The notes: a model not told the origin generated them from the sequence alone. A stretch of 63,204 bases of DNA, filler included, from Octopus bimaculoides (GCF_001194135.2; 5 parts of 5 records of this genome joined end to end with filler, not necessarily neighbours in it); one strand, 5' to 3'. Shown: positions 50,976-62,671, numbered from the whole stretch's first letter. Program-made: numbers and translations.

Positions 50976-51796
50976 TAAGTAATGTAANNNNNNNNNNNNN
51001 NNNNNNNNNNNNNNNNNNNNNNNNNNNNNNNNNNNNNNNNNNNNNNNNNNNNNNNNNNNNNNNNNNNNNNNNNNNNNNNNNNNNNNNNNNNNNNNNNNNN
51101 NNNNNNNNNNNNNNNNNNNNNNNNNNNNNNNNNNNNNNNNNNNNNNNNNNNNNNNNNNNNNNNNNNNNNNNNNNNNNNNNNNNNNNNNNNNNNNNNNNNN
51201 NNNNNNNNNNNNNNNNNNNNNNNNNNNNNNNNNNNNNNNNNNNNNNNNNNNNNNNNNNNNNNNNNNNNNNNNNNNNNNNNNNNNNNNNNNNNNNNNNNNN
51301 NNNNNNNNNNNNNNNNNNNNNNNNNNNNNNNNNNNNNNNNNNNNNNNNNNNNNNNNNNNNNNNNNNNNNNNNNNNNNNNNNNNNNNNNNNNNNNNNNNNN
51401 NNNNNNNNNNNNNNNNNNNNNNNNNNNNNNNNNNNNNNNNNNNNNNNNNNNNNNNNNNNNNNNNNNNNNNNNNNNNNNNNNNNNNNNNNNNNNNNNNNNN
51501 NNNNNNNNNNNNNNNNNNNNNNNNNNNNNNNNNNNATATATATATATAAACACGTGTGTGTGTTTATATTTCTATTCCCCACGTCTCTCATTTCGCTTCT
51601 CTCTCTCTTTAAAAAAAGATGGTTATTATATATTTTTAAAAGTAGATCACTTAAGTTAACTAATCAGCGGTTTCCGTGTCAAGAAATAAACACAAAAACC
51701 ACATGGCTGCGCGCGAAGCTCTTAGAATCCGGCTCCCCGGCCTCATATCTAGGAAGAATCTTGATAAATAAATAAAAATTGAAGGCATATATGCAT

Positions 51797-52495
51797 GTAT
51801 GTCTCTTCTATATTTTAATTATTATAAATCTTGCACCGAAAAGGGAGCCGGTTCCCAACAAAGATACAAGGCTCCATCTTGAGATGTAGTTAACACATTT
51901 GGAATTTGAGAAAAGTCTTGCATATTTTTATTGTCCCACTCACAGACTACACTTGTAATGTACGAATTAACCGGTCGATTTCTTTTTCTGAAAATCCCGG
52001 TTTATTCAGATTCTCCTTTAAGCATTTAGTACCAAAACCTAGTGCTCCAATAATCATTCGTGGCATTCCGTTGGTTATGACGACGAGGGTTCCAGTTGAT
52101 CTGATTGACGGAACTGCTTGTGAAATTAACGTGCAAGTGGCTGAGCACTCCATAGATACGTGGCCCTTTGAAATACAAGTACAACAGAAACAGGAAGAAA
52201 GAGTGAGAGATAGTTGTGATGAAAGAGTACAGCAGGGTTCGCAACCATCCCCTGCCGGAGCCTCGTGGAGCTATAGGTGTTTTCGCTCAAGAAACATTCA
52301 AAACGCCCGGTCTGGGAATCGAAACCACGATTCTACGACCGCGAGACCGCTGCTCTAACCACTGGGTCATTGCGCCTCCACAGTTATCATTGTTATGAAT
52401 ATAAATTTATAGTCTGGATATAGAAGCTGGAGGTTTCGAAGTAGTTGTCCATAGATATCCCCTTTTTCTTTGATTTTCAAAAAATATTTATATCT
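51797..52495 (-). mobile_element. 5'-truncated R4/Dong lineage-B 3' end (RLE tail and UTR) split by a SINE
   Basis: GDIYGQLLRNLQLLYPDYKFIFITMI | SINE | MIIGALGFGTKCLKENLNKPGFSEKEIDRLIRTLQV*SVSGTIKICKTF. Confidence 0.85.
52059..52383 (-). mobile_element. Mosaic SINE (family E head, family D tail) with a probable 8-bp TSD
   Basis: TSD-like taatcatt at 52051-52058 and ttatcatt at 52384-52391. Confidence 0.82.
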
Positions 52496-52540
52496 GCATG
52501 CATTCATGCATGCATGCATGTATGTATTTATGTATGTATG

Positions 52541-52708
52541 TTCTTTTATGTTTTTCATTATTTAAATTCTTCCTCTGAAGAAGGATCTGGTTTCTAACAA
52601 AGATACAAAGCTCCATCTTTGGAATGTAGATAAGGAAAGCAAGGTCTCGTTTTAAACCCGAGAAATGTCTTGCAAAGCTTTAGTGTTCCGCTTACAGGTT
52701 GCATTTCT
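52541..52708 (-). mobile_element. Very short R4/Dong lineage-B 3' end inside (CATA)n
   Basis: PVSGTLKLCKTFLGF plus the UTR hairpin. (ATGT)n lies on both sides on the plus strand. Confidence 0.72.
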
Positions 52709-52940
52709 ATGTATGTATGTATGTATGTTTGTTTCTATTTATGCGTGTCCGTGATGCAAGTAAACTTCGTAGATTATTAATCATTATGAGATAAACAAAG
52801 ATTATATAATCTCGAACAGGGATCTTGTTCGGTCGGTCATCTATACATGTCAGCCGGTTTAAAGCGAAGTCACGCAATAGAGATACAGTCATTAACATGC
52901 GGACTCACACCAACATACAAGCACAGGGACACACGCACAT

Positions 52941-52991
<51 letters not shown>

Positions 52992-53109
52992 NNNNNNNNN
53001 NNNNNNNNNNNNNNNNNNNNNNNNNNNNNNNNNNNTTAATTAATTAANNNNNNNNNNNNNNNNNNNNNNNNNNNNNNNNNNNNNNNNNNNNATTATTATT
53101 ATTATTATT

Positions 53110-53304
53110 GTTCAGTAGTTTTATTTTTATAACGTGCTTTCACTTCACTACCGAGCGCAGCTCTGTGTGCCTTGGGTATGTGCTGTGGTTTGCTGTGGTC
53201 CTCTTATGTTTACTGTATTGAAAGTATTTTGCGTAAGATGTGTGCAGTGCCCAGTAGTGCAATTTTCTGTATGTTATATATATTTGTAAGTCCTGGTGTT
53301 TTTG
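53110..53304 (-). mobile_element. 5'-truncated Dong-type 3' end inserted in (TAA)n
   Basis: TKTPGLTNIYNIQKIALLGTAHILRKILSIQ* (stop at 53210-53212) is the R4/Dong C-terminus. A ~100-bp UTR follows, with (ATT)n on both sides. Confidence 0.88.
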
Positions 53305-53352
53305 TTATTATTATTATTATTATTATTGTTGTTGTTGTTGTTGTTTTTATTA

Positions 53353-53445
53353 TTCAATAGTTTTATTTTTATAACGTGCTTTCACTTCGCTACCGAGCGC
53401 AAATCTGTGTGCCTTGGGTATGTGCTGTGGTTTGCTGTGATGCTC

Positions 53446-53446
<1 letters not shown>
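53353..53446 (-). mobile_element. Second, shorter Dong-type 3' UTR copy in (TAA)n
   Basis: Near-identical to 53110-53205 and flanked by ATT/GTT repeats. Confidence 0.85.
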
Positions 53447-53527
<81 letters not shown>

Positions 53528-53555
53528 CACTATTATTATTACAATTATTATCCTT

Positions 53556-53772
53556 AAGGCGGTGAGCTGGCAGAATCGTTAGCACGACGAACAAAATGCA
53601 TAACGGCATTTCGTCCGACTTTACATTCTGAGTTCAAATTTCACCCAGCATGACTTTTCCTTTCATCCTTTCGGAGTCGATAAATTAAGTACAACTCAAG
53701 TACTAGGGTCGATATAATCAACTATTCCCCTCGTCACAAATTCCAGGCCTTGTGCCTAATGTAGAAAGGGTT
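53556..53772 (+). mobile_element. SINE family C
   Basis: ggcggtgagctggcagaatcgttagcacg...ggccttgtgcctaatgtagaaaggg. Confidence 0.82.
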
Positions 53773-53828
53773 ATCCTCGTCGTCGTCCTCCTCCTCTTCT
53801 TCTTCTTCTTCTTCTTCTTCTTCTTCTT

Positions 53829-53891
<63 letters not shown>

Positions 53892-53900
53892 GCTACTACT
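53773..53900. repeat. (TCG)(TCC)(TCT)n(ACT)n compound repeat
   Basis: Direct reading. Confidence 0.92.
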
Positions 53901-54122
53901 TGTAGGAGTAGGGTGAGTGGAAGTCTTGTTCTCAGAGTGGTCAGCATGTTTTCCACGTTCTCGCTTGCATATATATTTTTTTTTTCATATTTAATCACCA
54001 TGCATTGATTATCGATCTCACTATTCGTAACACTGGCGCCACAGCGGGGTCTGTTTGTATTACCCTCATTCCCTCTACAATGAGTATAGTATTCTTACTA
54101 TTAATGCAATTATATTTATAAA

Positions 54123-54127
54123 TATTA

Positions 54128-54221
<94 letters not shown>

Positions 54222-54231
54222 TAATAATAAT
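54123..54231. repeat. (ATT)~13 followed by (AAT)~22, self-complementary
   Basis: Direct reading. Confidence 0.92.
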
Positions 54232-54232
54232 A

Positions 54233-55645
54233 TTGTTAGAGTGTCACTCTTGGGATTGGAAGCTCCGTGAGTGCCAATATTCTACATGTCTTCGTATCTT
54301 TCCTCATCAGTTCATTCTCTTGTCAATTTATGATTACAACTCTATGCCGAAGCGATACATACTATCGTATTTACTACTTGGCAATAATTCCATCCAGTCA
54401 ATTTTGAGCGCAGCACCATTCGCAATCTTCGGAAATACTTTTTCTTCAGTTGTTCTTTCATTTCCGTCTCAAGTATTGAACTCTAGTATTGAACTCATTG
54501 AACTCTAGTATGCAAAGGTACTTATAGCCTTCCTTTTGAATTTGTTTCATCACTTCTCCATTTGGTAATTCTATCCCTGCCAGGGACTGTAATACCTTGC
54601 CTCGTTTCAGACTCATTACACCACACTTCTGAGTCTGATTTCCATCTTAACATCAACACTAAAACAGAGGACAGTTTTTACCAAGGAACTCACTTGAACC
54701 TCGTTATTGTCATACAGCTTCAAATCATCCATGAGATGATGCTTGATTCTTTGTATTTTTCCGTCTAACTGATCCCAGGTTCACTTACCTCAACACCTGG
54801 GTCAAAGGGATGATGCAAAGTACAAAAAGCAACGGAGATGAGCTATCTTCTAGGAAAATTCTCTCTTGAAGCCCTGGGTTCCCAAGCTTTATCCATACGA
54901 TGTCAACTCAGTTTCCGAAACCCACAAACTTCTGTTTAGAAAACATGCTACATTCCTTGCAATTTCAAACATATTTAAGCGCTCAACGATCCACGAATAT
55001 GGAATCATATCCTAAGCAGTGCGGTAATCAAGCTAGGTTATACCCAAATTTGTTCTTCTCTGATAATCTTGCATTACCATTTTGTTTATCAATAATTTGC
55101 ATTTCATCTTACAACCATTATTTTCCATTGGCAAAAAGTCAAAATTTGTACACGTCTTCTGCAACCCCTTCTGACTAACTTCCTCATTAATAGAAGGCAA
55201 CAAATCAGCTTGTAACTGCTTGCAGTATTTCCTTCGATACGTCCTTTAAACATAACACCGTTTGTCCTTTGATCAACAACCCTGGAGTCGCTTCTACTCC
55301 ATCAATCAATGCATCAATTTATGGCATCCACTGAACTTTCTTTTAATTAAAAGCTCCTGTATACCACCAGGTCCTGCTACTTTTCAATTGCTCATCTTTT
55401 AGCTCATATTACTGATAGGGTTCGGTAAAGAGGATAACTCTTTGTTGCGCATAAAAAACTGTTTCTTTCAGACTGCAAAGCCATTCAGCTCCAGTATTGT
55501 GTTGTTCTTGCTTACTCCATATCTCACTCCCAAACTGTCGACTTTCATCTGCACCAGGAACTAATTTTTCGCATATTAAATCATCGTTAATTTCTTGATG
55601 TAATATTTTCTGGATGATTTTAAACAATCGGTTTTGCCGGTAGTG
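54233..55645 (-). mobile_element. R4/Dong lineage A internal RT fragment, heavily decayed
   Basis: FGSEIWSKQEQHNTGAEWL; a KSSRTWW/GPGGIQG-like segment; LFVLCIIPLT; INHL; KYFRRLRMVLRSKL; ends near NPKSD. Both flanks are ATT/AAT-type repeats. Confidence 0.78.
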
Positions 55646-55681
55646 TTACTATCATTATTATCGTCATCATCATCATCATCA

Positions 55682-55722
<41 letters not shown>

Positions 55723-56828
55723 GTTGTTGTTGTTGTTGTTGTTGTTGTTATTTCCATTTGTCAAGGTGTGTAAATTATATCTGTTAATTTAGGGTAGGGT
55801 CTCTTTGATGCTGCTCAAATTTATTCAATATTAAGTGGCTCTGAAAGCGATAATTTAATTTAGTATAAGTTAAGAATTGTGTGCTACCTGTGGTGTATTG
55901 AGAAATTGGAGTGTGTAATGCTAATACTGCTTAATTTCATAAAAACGACCACCCATTCGTCAGTCTGCCATCCATTCGGTAGATTGGAGATTAATTGCTT
56001 CGAGTTAACAATGGAATATCATATCGTTATGCAGTCTGGGAGAAACAACAGCTAAAATTTCCTCGCAGGCTCTCTACTATTTGAAAAAGACAAGAGGCAT
56101 AGAATGTTATAGTCAGAAATATAAAGCACTTTAAAAACAAACAAGAGGAGACAACAGCTTGAAATGTTTTGATCTTAGATTTCTTTGTTCATGGATCACC
56201 TGTGGGTAAACAGCAAGACAATATATATCGGTTCTTAGCTTGACATATAGTTATATTTTTACAGAATATTTTAAATTTCTCTGGGCATGTAAAAAGCATA
56301 GTCAACAGAGCAAGAATTCAATCTAAAAGCAAAACTAAATTATAAATTCTGTAAAATAATAAATTTCACATTTAAAGGTAGCTGTTAATCCACTGATTGG
56401 ATACTGAAGCAAGTGAGATGATTTATAAAACTCTCTTCCTGGTAATTTAGGATAAGCTCTTAACGCAGACCTTAATTTTAGTGACTTCAGTAGAAACCAG
56501 ATTCCAGCAGGCAGCACAAAGCACACACATCAACATATACGCACTCACTCACGCATTCACCATTACGCCAAGCCGCGGACTGACACATAGTTTCAGAGAC
56601 ACGCGTTCACACATGCACACGCACATACAGATACACTCAAATGTATAGATGCATACGGATATAGATATTTATTAAAAGTCTCTTAATACTCTTATACATG
56701 CAAAAGTTACTTATTACTCTATATAAGCACACCGTAGATGCATACAGGCATGCATACATCCATACAAAGACATACATTTATATGTATATATATTTCTAAG
56801 AATACATATACACACACATACGATGAAC

Positions 56829-56869
<41 letters not shown>

Positions 56870-56873
<4 letters not shown>

Positions 56874-57100
56874 GATCTCTGCTTCGCAAACAATATGGAC
56901 ATCGTTCATGATGTGAAAGTGACGCCGACATTAGTTCTGGATCACAACATGATAGAGCTGCCTATGTATGGACCAAAAGTTGCCAGAGAGACATACAGCC
57001 TAAATGAAGCATCCAAAATCTCTCCAATCAGAACTTCCACCACTCACACTGGAAATCGATCCAAAAAGAGACCCTCAGTATACGCAGTCATCACATTCGG
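56870..57100 (+). pseudogene. CR1/L2-type LINE endonuclease C-terminal fragment
   Basis: DLCFANNMDIVHDVKVTPT..LDHNMIEL then, after a frameshift, LSNQNFHHSHWKSIQKE, matching LDL..TN...SDH..I and LNF..ANW..I. Confidence 0.55.
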
Positions 57101-57204
57101 TTAAAATGGCTTGTTGATGCGCTTTCTTTCTCTTTTTTTCCCCCTGATAAGAAGATTGCATTGTTTTACATCATTTTATTCCCTCTGGAATAATGTCAAT
57201 GTTT

Positions 57205-57371
57205 TCTACGAAACATATGTCGGAAGTATATTCAGGATTCAGCTTCATTGCGTAGCATCTTCTGCAAGTGTTTTCTACTATGGCTTCGGGCCGACCAAAG
57301 CCTTGTGGGTAGATTTGACAGACGGAAACAGAAAGAAGCCTGTCGTATACACACACACACACATACACACA

Positions 57372-57442
<71 letters not shown>

Positions 57443-57655
57443 GAGTGTGCGTGTGTCTTTGTGTCTGTATTTTCCCTCACCACCGCTTTACAACCCGTGT
57501 TGGTGTGTTTGCGTCCCCGTAAATTTGCGGTTAGGCAAAAAAGATGATTGAATAAGTACCACGTTTAAAAAAAATACTGGGGTCGATTTACTCGACTAAA
57601 ATGTCATGTCAGTGCACCAGCAAAGACGCAGTCTAATGATTGAAGCAAGTAAAAG
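57205..57655 (+). mobile_element. SINE family A/B with an internal (CA)n tract of opposite polarity
   Basis: Head to 57345, (AC)n/(AT)n at 57346-57445, 3' module at 57470-57655. Confidence 0.82.
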
Positions 57656-57662
57656 AAATATA

Positions 57663-57742
<80 letters not shown>

Positions 57743-58499
57743 TTCATACATATATATGTATATATCTTTATAAATACATATACAGCCACACAGACACATG
57801 CATATGCTTATACGCATATGCAATTTGTGATACACGCAGCTACATACAGCAAGGTAAAACGAACGACAACTACACCATAGCATTATCAACTTAAATGCAA
57901 ATGCGCATGCGTAGCCAATACACCAATAAAAGAAAGCACCTAATAAAATGCATGACATATAAAAAACAACATATACAGACATGAAAAAAAAACAATAAAC
58001 AAGCAGATGCTAGTCCACAGACCGCAACACTATCTCACAAAATTTGAAAAGCATAAACCATAAAACACTTTCACAAACGTTAGAAATATTGAAAAAACAT
58101 ACAACAGAACAACAAAGTGGTTTTTCCTTACTAAATTTTATATTCAACTCATACAAAAGTCTTTTAGTAAAATCAATTTCATAAAATAAGCGGTGTTAAA
58201 AACACAGAAAAAAAAAAAGCCAACAAACAATGAATTATTGATATGTTCACCTTCTATTTTATTTTGTTTTGTATATGTTTATTTATTATCAGAGTATTCC
58301 AAGATGGCGTTAACTAAAGAACAAACCTGCTTAGATTTCGGCTGCGATGGTTAATGGTTAAATTTCTCATGCGCTCACATATTCAACGCCGGAAATGCTT
58401 TTAAAGGTAAATTGCACTTGCTTGCAATTCGTTGTAAATCTCCAGCCTTCATACTGATGTGGCGGGACAAAGTGATGTTTATATGAATATTTGTTTGTT

Positions 58500-58609
58500 T
58501 ATGTGCTCTCTTTCTTTCTTGTTTTTCTTTCTTTCTTGTTTTTCTTTCTTTCTCGTTTTCTTTCTTTCTGTCTTTCTTTCTTCCTCTCTTTCTTTCTTCT
58601 TTCCTTATT

Positions 58610-58665
<56 letters not shown>

Positions 58666-58970
58666 TTGTTCTTTCTCTGCGTGTGGAGCTGGCGCATTGG
58701 TGAGATGTCACGATTTGTATGTCCCATGGTTTGTGAATGTGCGTGTGTGTATGTGTGTGTGCGTGTGTGTGTGTGCGTGTGTGTGTGTGTGTGAGTGTGT
58801 GTGTGTGTACCTTTGTCTGTGTCTCTGCGTATACAAACATGCTTGTGTGCGTGGTTGGCACATTGATGAGATGCTAGCATTTCTGTACGTATGTGCGTGA
58901 GAGTGTGTGTAAGTCTGTGTGTGTGTATGTGTGTGTATGAGTGTGTGTGTGTGTGTATGTGCGTGTGTGT
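58500..58970. repeat. (CTTT)n and (GT)n microsatellites
   Basis: Direct reading. Confidence 0.9.
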
Positions 58971-59019
58971 GGTCGAGTATATACCACTATCGTCTGTGTG
59001 TGTCTATGAATAGGCACTG

Positions 59020-59430
59020 GTGTAGGTAAGTGGTAAGAAGTTTGCTTCTCAATCATATTGTTCCAGGCTCAGTCCCGCTGCGTGGCACCTTGGGCAAGTG
59101 TCTTCTGCTTTAGCCTCAGGCCGAATATAGCGGAAACGGAAACAAGCCATATATATATGAGTGTGTGTATGTATGTGCGTGTGTATGTGTGTTTGTGTGT
59201 GTTTGTGTGTGTCTGTGTGTATATACGCGCACGAGTTTTTGTGTTTGTGCTTGTCCCCCGCTGACGCTTGATAGCCGAAGTCAGTTTGTTTACGTTCCCG
59301 TAACGTAGCGGTTCGGCATAAGATACCGATGGAATAAAGAACAGATGTGAAGAAAACGATTCTTTCGACCAACATTTTTCAAGGTCGTGCCCCAGCATGG
59401 CCGCGGCTGAATGACTGAAAGAGTAAACGA
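59020..59430 (+). mobile_element. SINE family A/B, complete, with internal (AT)/(GT)n
   Basis: Head at 59020-59148, tract at 59150-59245, 3' module to 59430. Confidence 0.82.
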
Positions 59431-60422
59431 TGAGAGATGAAGGATATGTGTACGTATGTATGTATGTGTGTGTGCGTGTGTGCGTGTTTGAGTGCTTGTG
59501 TTTGTGTATAAGTTTGACGTATGTTAGTGTGCGATGTCTGTTGAAATGTGCGTGTGTATGTGTATTGGAAATTGTGTTAGTATCGTTCTCAATGGGAGAA
59601 TGTTTCTTGATGTGTAAGACATTAGGAAAAGAAATGCGTCGCTATACGTGCCAATGTGTGAGAGTGTATGCATGCGCGCATGTATCTGTGTTCGCAAATG
59701 TGTGTACGTCTTGATGCGTCTTAAGGCGTATCTTAATGTGTGTTGCCCGTTGGAATATTACTATATGTATAGTTGACGTTGTTATATTGAAGCATTTAAT
59801 AGACATATGCAATCTGATGAGTAAGACAACGGAAAGTGGATGTCTGTCTCTATGATTTCCTCTTTATTTACATATATGCGTGTGTATATCACTATCTTTA
59901 TCGTAGTGTGTGACTGTGTAAAATCTTTACTATATAAAATAATACGTTTATATGCAAATGAGCATGCGTGAAACAAAGAAGACGACGACGAAGTTAGAAT
60001 CTTATATCAATGTGTGTAGAATTGTATGTGTGCTAGTATGCGACCTTAAAGGTTTTCTAATATATTTTTATAGAAATGCGTACGTTTGAGTTCCTCATTT
60101 TGCGAATGTCAGTATTTACGTGCACATCTAATTAATTATGCATGCATATCTGCTGGTTAGCGTTAGTGTAAATGTTCCTGGGCTAATATTTAATGGATCA
60201 ACAGATAAGGGACGTCTAAGTATAACCGTGTGCACATGTTTGTGTGTGTGTTTGTATATAAATTTAAATCAGCATTTTCAGGTCAATAAGAATGAAGCGA
60301 CAGGGCTTTGTGTGAGACAGTTCGGAGCATTGATATACTCGCATATATACATACATACATATACGCAGGCACACACACACACTCACACACACTCACATAC
60401 ATACAGATGAACGCGCACGCAC

Positions 60423-60456
<34 letters not shown>

Positions 60457-60496
60457 TCATATATATACATACATATATATATGCACACACACAGAC

Positions 60497-60527
<31 letters not shown>

Positions 60528-60615
60528 ATAATACAAATGATATGTGAGCATATGCATATATACATACATATATGTACATACCTACATCTACATGTATATA
60601 TAGATGCATATCCAG

Positions 60616-60770
60616 GTACAGGACCTTAAAAAAAACCGTGGACAAAAAAGGAACGGGAACATAAACAAAGCAGAAAAAAAACGAACTTTTTTTTTACAGA
60701 CAACAGAATGAACTCATAGGAAAACAGACAAGCGACATATTGAACTTTTCCTTCATCAGCCGCCTATATT
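60616..60770 (-). mobile_element. Short repeat related to 60843-61016, in opposite orientation
   Basis: Reverse complement contains gctgatgaagg...ttgtc.tgttttcc and ends in gtcctgta. Confidence 0.5.
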
Positions 60771-60842
60771 CTAACATATGCATACATGCATACACACACC
60801 CACACTTACGCACGCGCACACACACACATGCATGTATGGGTA

Positions 60843-61016
60843 CAGGACGTCACCGACGTCCTGCTCGAAATAAGGAGTAGGTAGACAGCCCACAACTGAT
60901 GAAGGGTCCTTTCTCTGTGTTTACTTGTACTGTTTTCCATTTTTTTCCTCTTTTTTTACAGATTTAACTTGTTTGTTTAAGCATTTCATGTTATTCGCGC
61001 CATCGCTGACGTCCTG
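60843..61016 (+). mobile_element. 174-bp MITE-like element with caggacgtca TIRs and TA flanks
   Basis: caggacgtcaccga ... tcgctgacgtcctg. TA at 60841-60842 and 61017-61018. Confidence 0.65.
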
Positions 61017-61234
61017 TAGCCATATATACATATATATATATATATANNNNNNNNNNNNNNNNNNNNNNNNNNNNNNNNNNNNNNNNNNNNTTAATTAATT
61101 AANNNNNNNNNNNNNNNNNNNNNNNNNNNNNNNNNNNNNNNNNNNNCAAAAGATGTTTGTTCTACTAAAGGCGGTGCTCCAGAATGGCCGCAGTCAAATG
61201 ACTAAAACAAGTAATAATTATAATAATAATAATG

Positions 61235-61292
<58 letters not shown>

Positions 61293-61679
61293 CAAGTGTT
61301 TACGGATTACTCTGCCGCTTACATCGTAATTCAATGAGACTGTAGTTCCGTTTATACAACAATTAGAACATTTAACGTGAAAAAACCGACGGAATATTTA
61401 TTTACTTTGCCACCAGCACCACCCACCCTACATTTCTCTCTCTCCACCCGTTAACCCCCGTGACCCATGATCCTCCACGACACTTCACGCCTGGTTAAAT
61501 AAAAGAAAATGCTACGCTTCCTTGCTAATATGGCTTTGATATTATCCAAAGTGATATAAAAGTTGATATTTTCACAGCAAACAAGATAAACGTTTGGACC
61601 TGACAAACCGTTTAGTCAAATAAATTTCATGTTTCCTAAGTTGCCTTCTTGTAACGCTTTTTTTACTACAGCATTGCTA

Positions 61680-61735
<56 letters not shown>

Positions 61736-61799
61736 GTAAGAATAGCCGTTTTATTCCCCACCCTTCCTTTTACTAAACCACAAAACCTTTTCAACCAAT

Positions 61800-62060
<261 letters not shown>

Positions 62061-62337
62061 TTTCTCTGCCTACGGAAAATAAAACACTGAAGCGACAACA
62101 CTTTCAGCCATTTGTTTGCTTAAATTTAGCGGCAGAAAATCAAGCAGAATAAAACTGGAGACGGAAGTGAAAATAAACAATATGTCGGACAACCTCTCGC
62201 TTCTGTCTTGAGATATTAATGCGCGTGTGCGCATAATTGTGTGCGTTTGTGTTTGTGCGTCTGCGATGTATGTTTGTTAGTGCATGTATGTGTATATTCG
62301 TTCACATATATTTATTATGCATATATGCATACGTTGT

Positions 62338-62660
62338 AAAGGCACATGGCTTAATGGTTAGGATGGTTAGGCCCACAATCGTAAGGTCGTGAGTTCGATT
62401 CCTGGAGGCGGTTTCTGTCCTTGAGCAAGACACTTTATTTCCCATTGCACTAGTCCATTCAGATGGCAAAAGTGAGTTATACCAGTAATTCAAAGGGGGC
62501 CAACCTTGTTACATTTTGTGTCACGTTGAATCTCCCTTAGAACAACGTTGAGGATTACTCGTGACTGTGGAGTACTCAGCCACTTGGACGTTCATTTCAC
62601 GAGTAAGCTGTTCCATTGATCGGCTCAACTAGAACACTCGTTGGAACCACCAGAATGCCA
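62338..62660 (+). mobile_element. tRNA-derived SINE family D
   Basis: ggcacatggcttaatggttagg...gagttcgattcc, core gtccttgagcaagacactttattt, tail to cagaatgccag. Confidence 0.85.
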
Positions 62661-62671
62661 GAATATATACA

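Noticed and set aside
58293-58406. 114-bp AG...GT-bounded coding exon
   Set aside because: All three frames contain stop codons.
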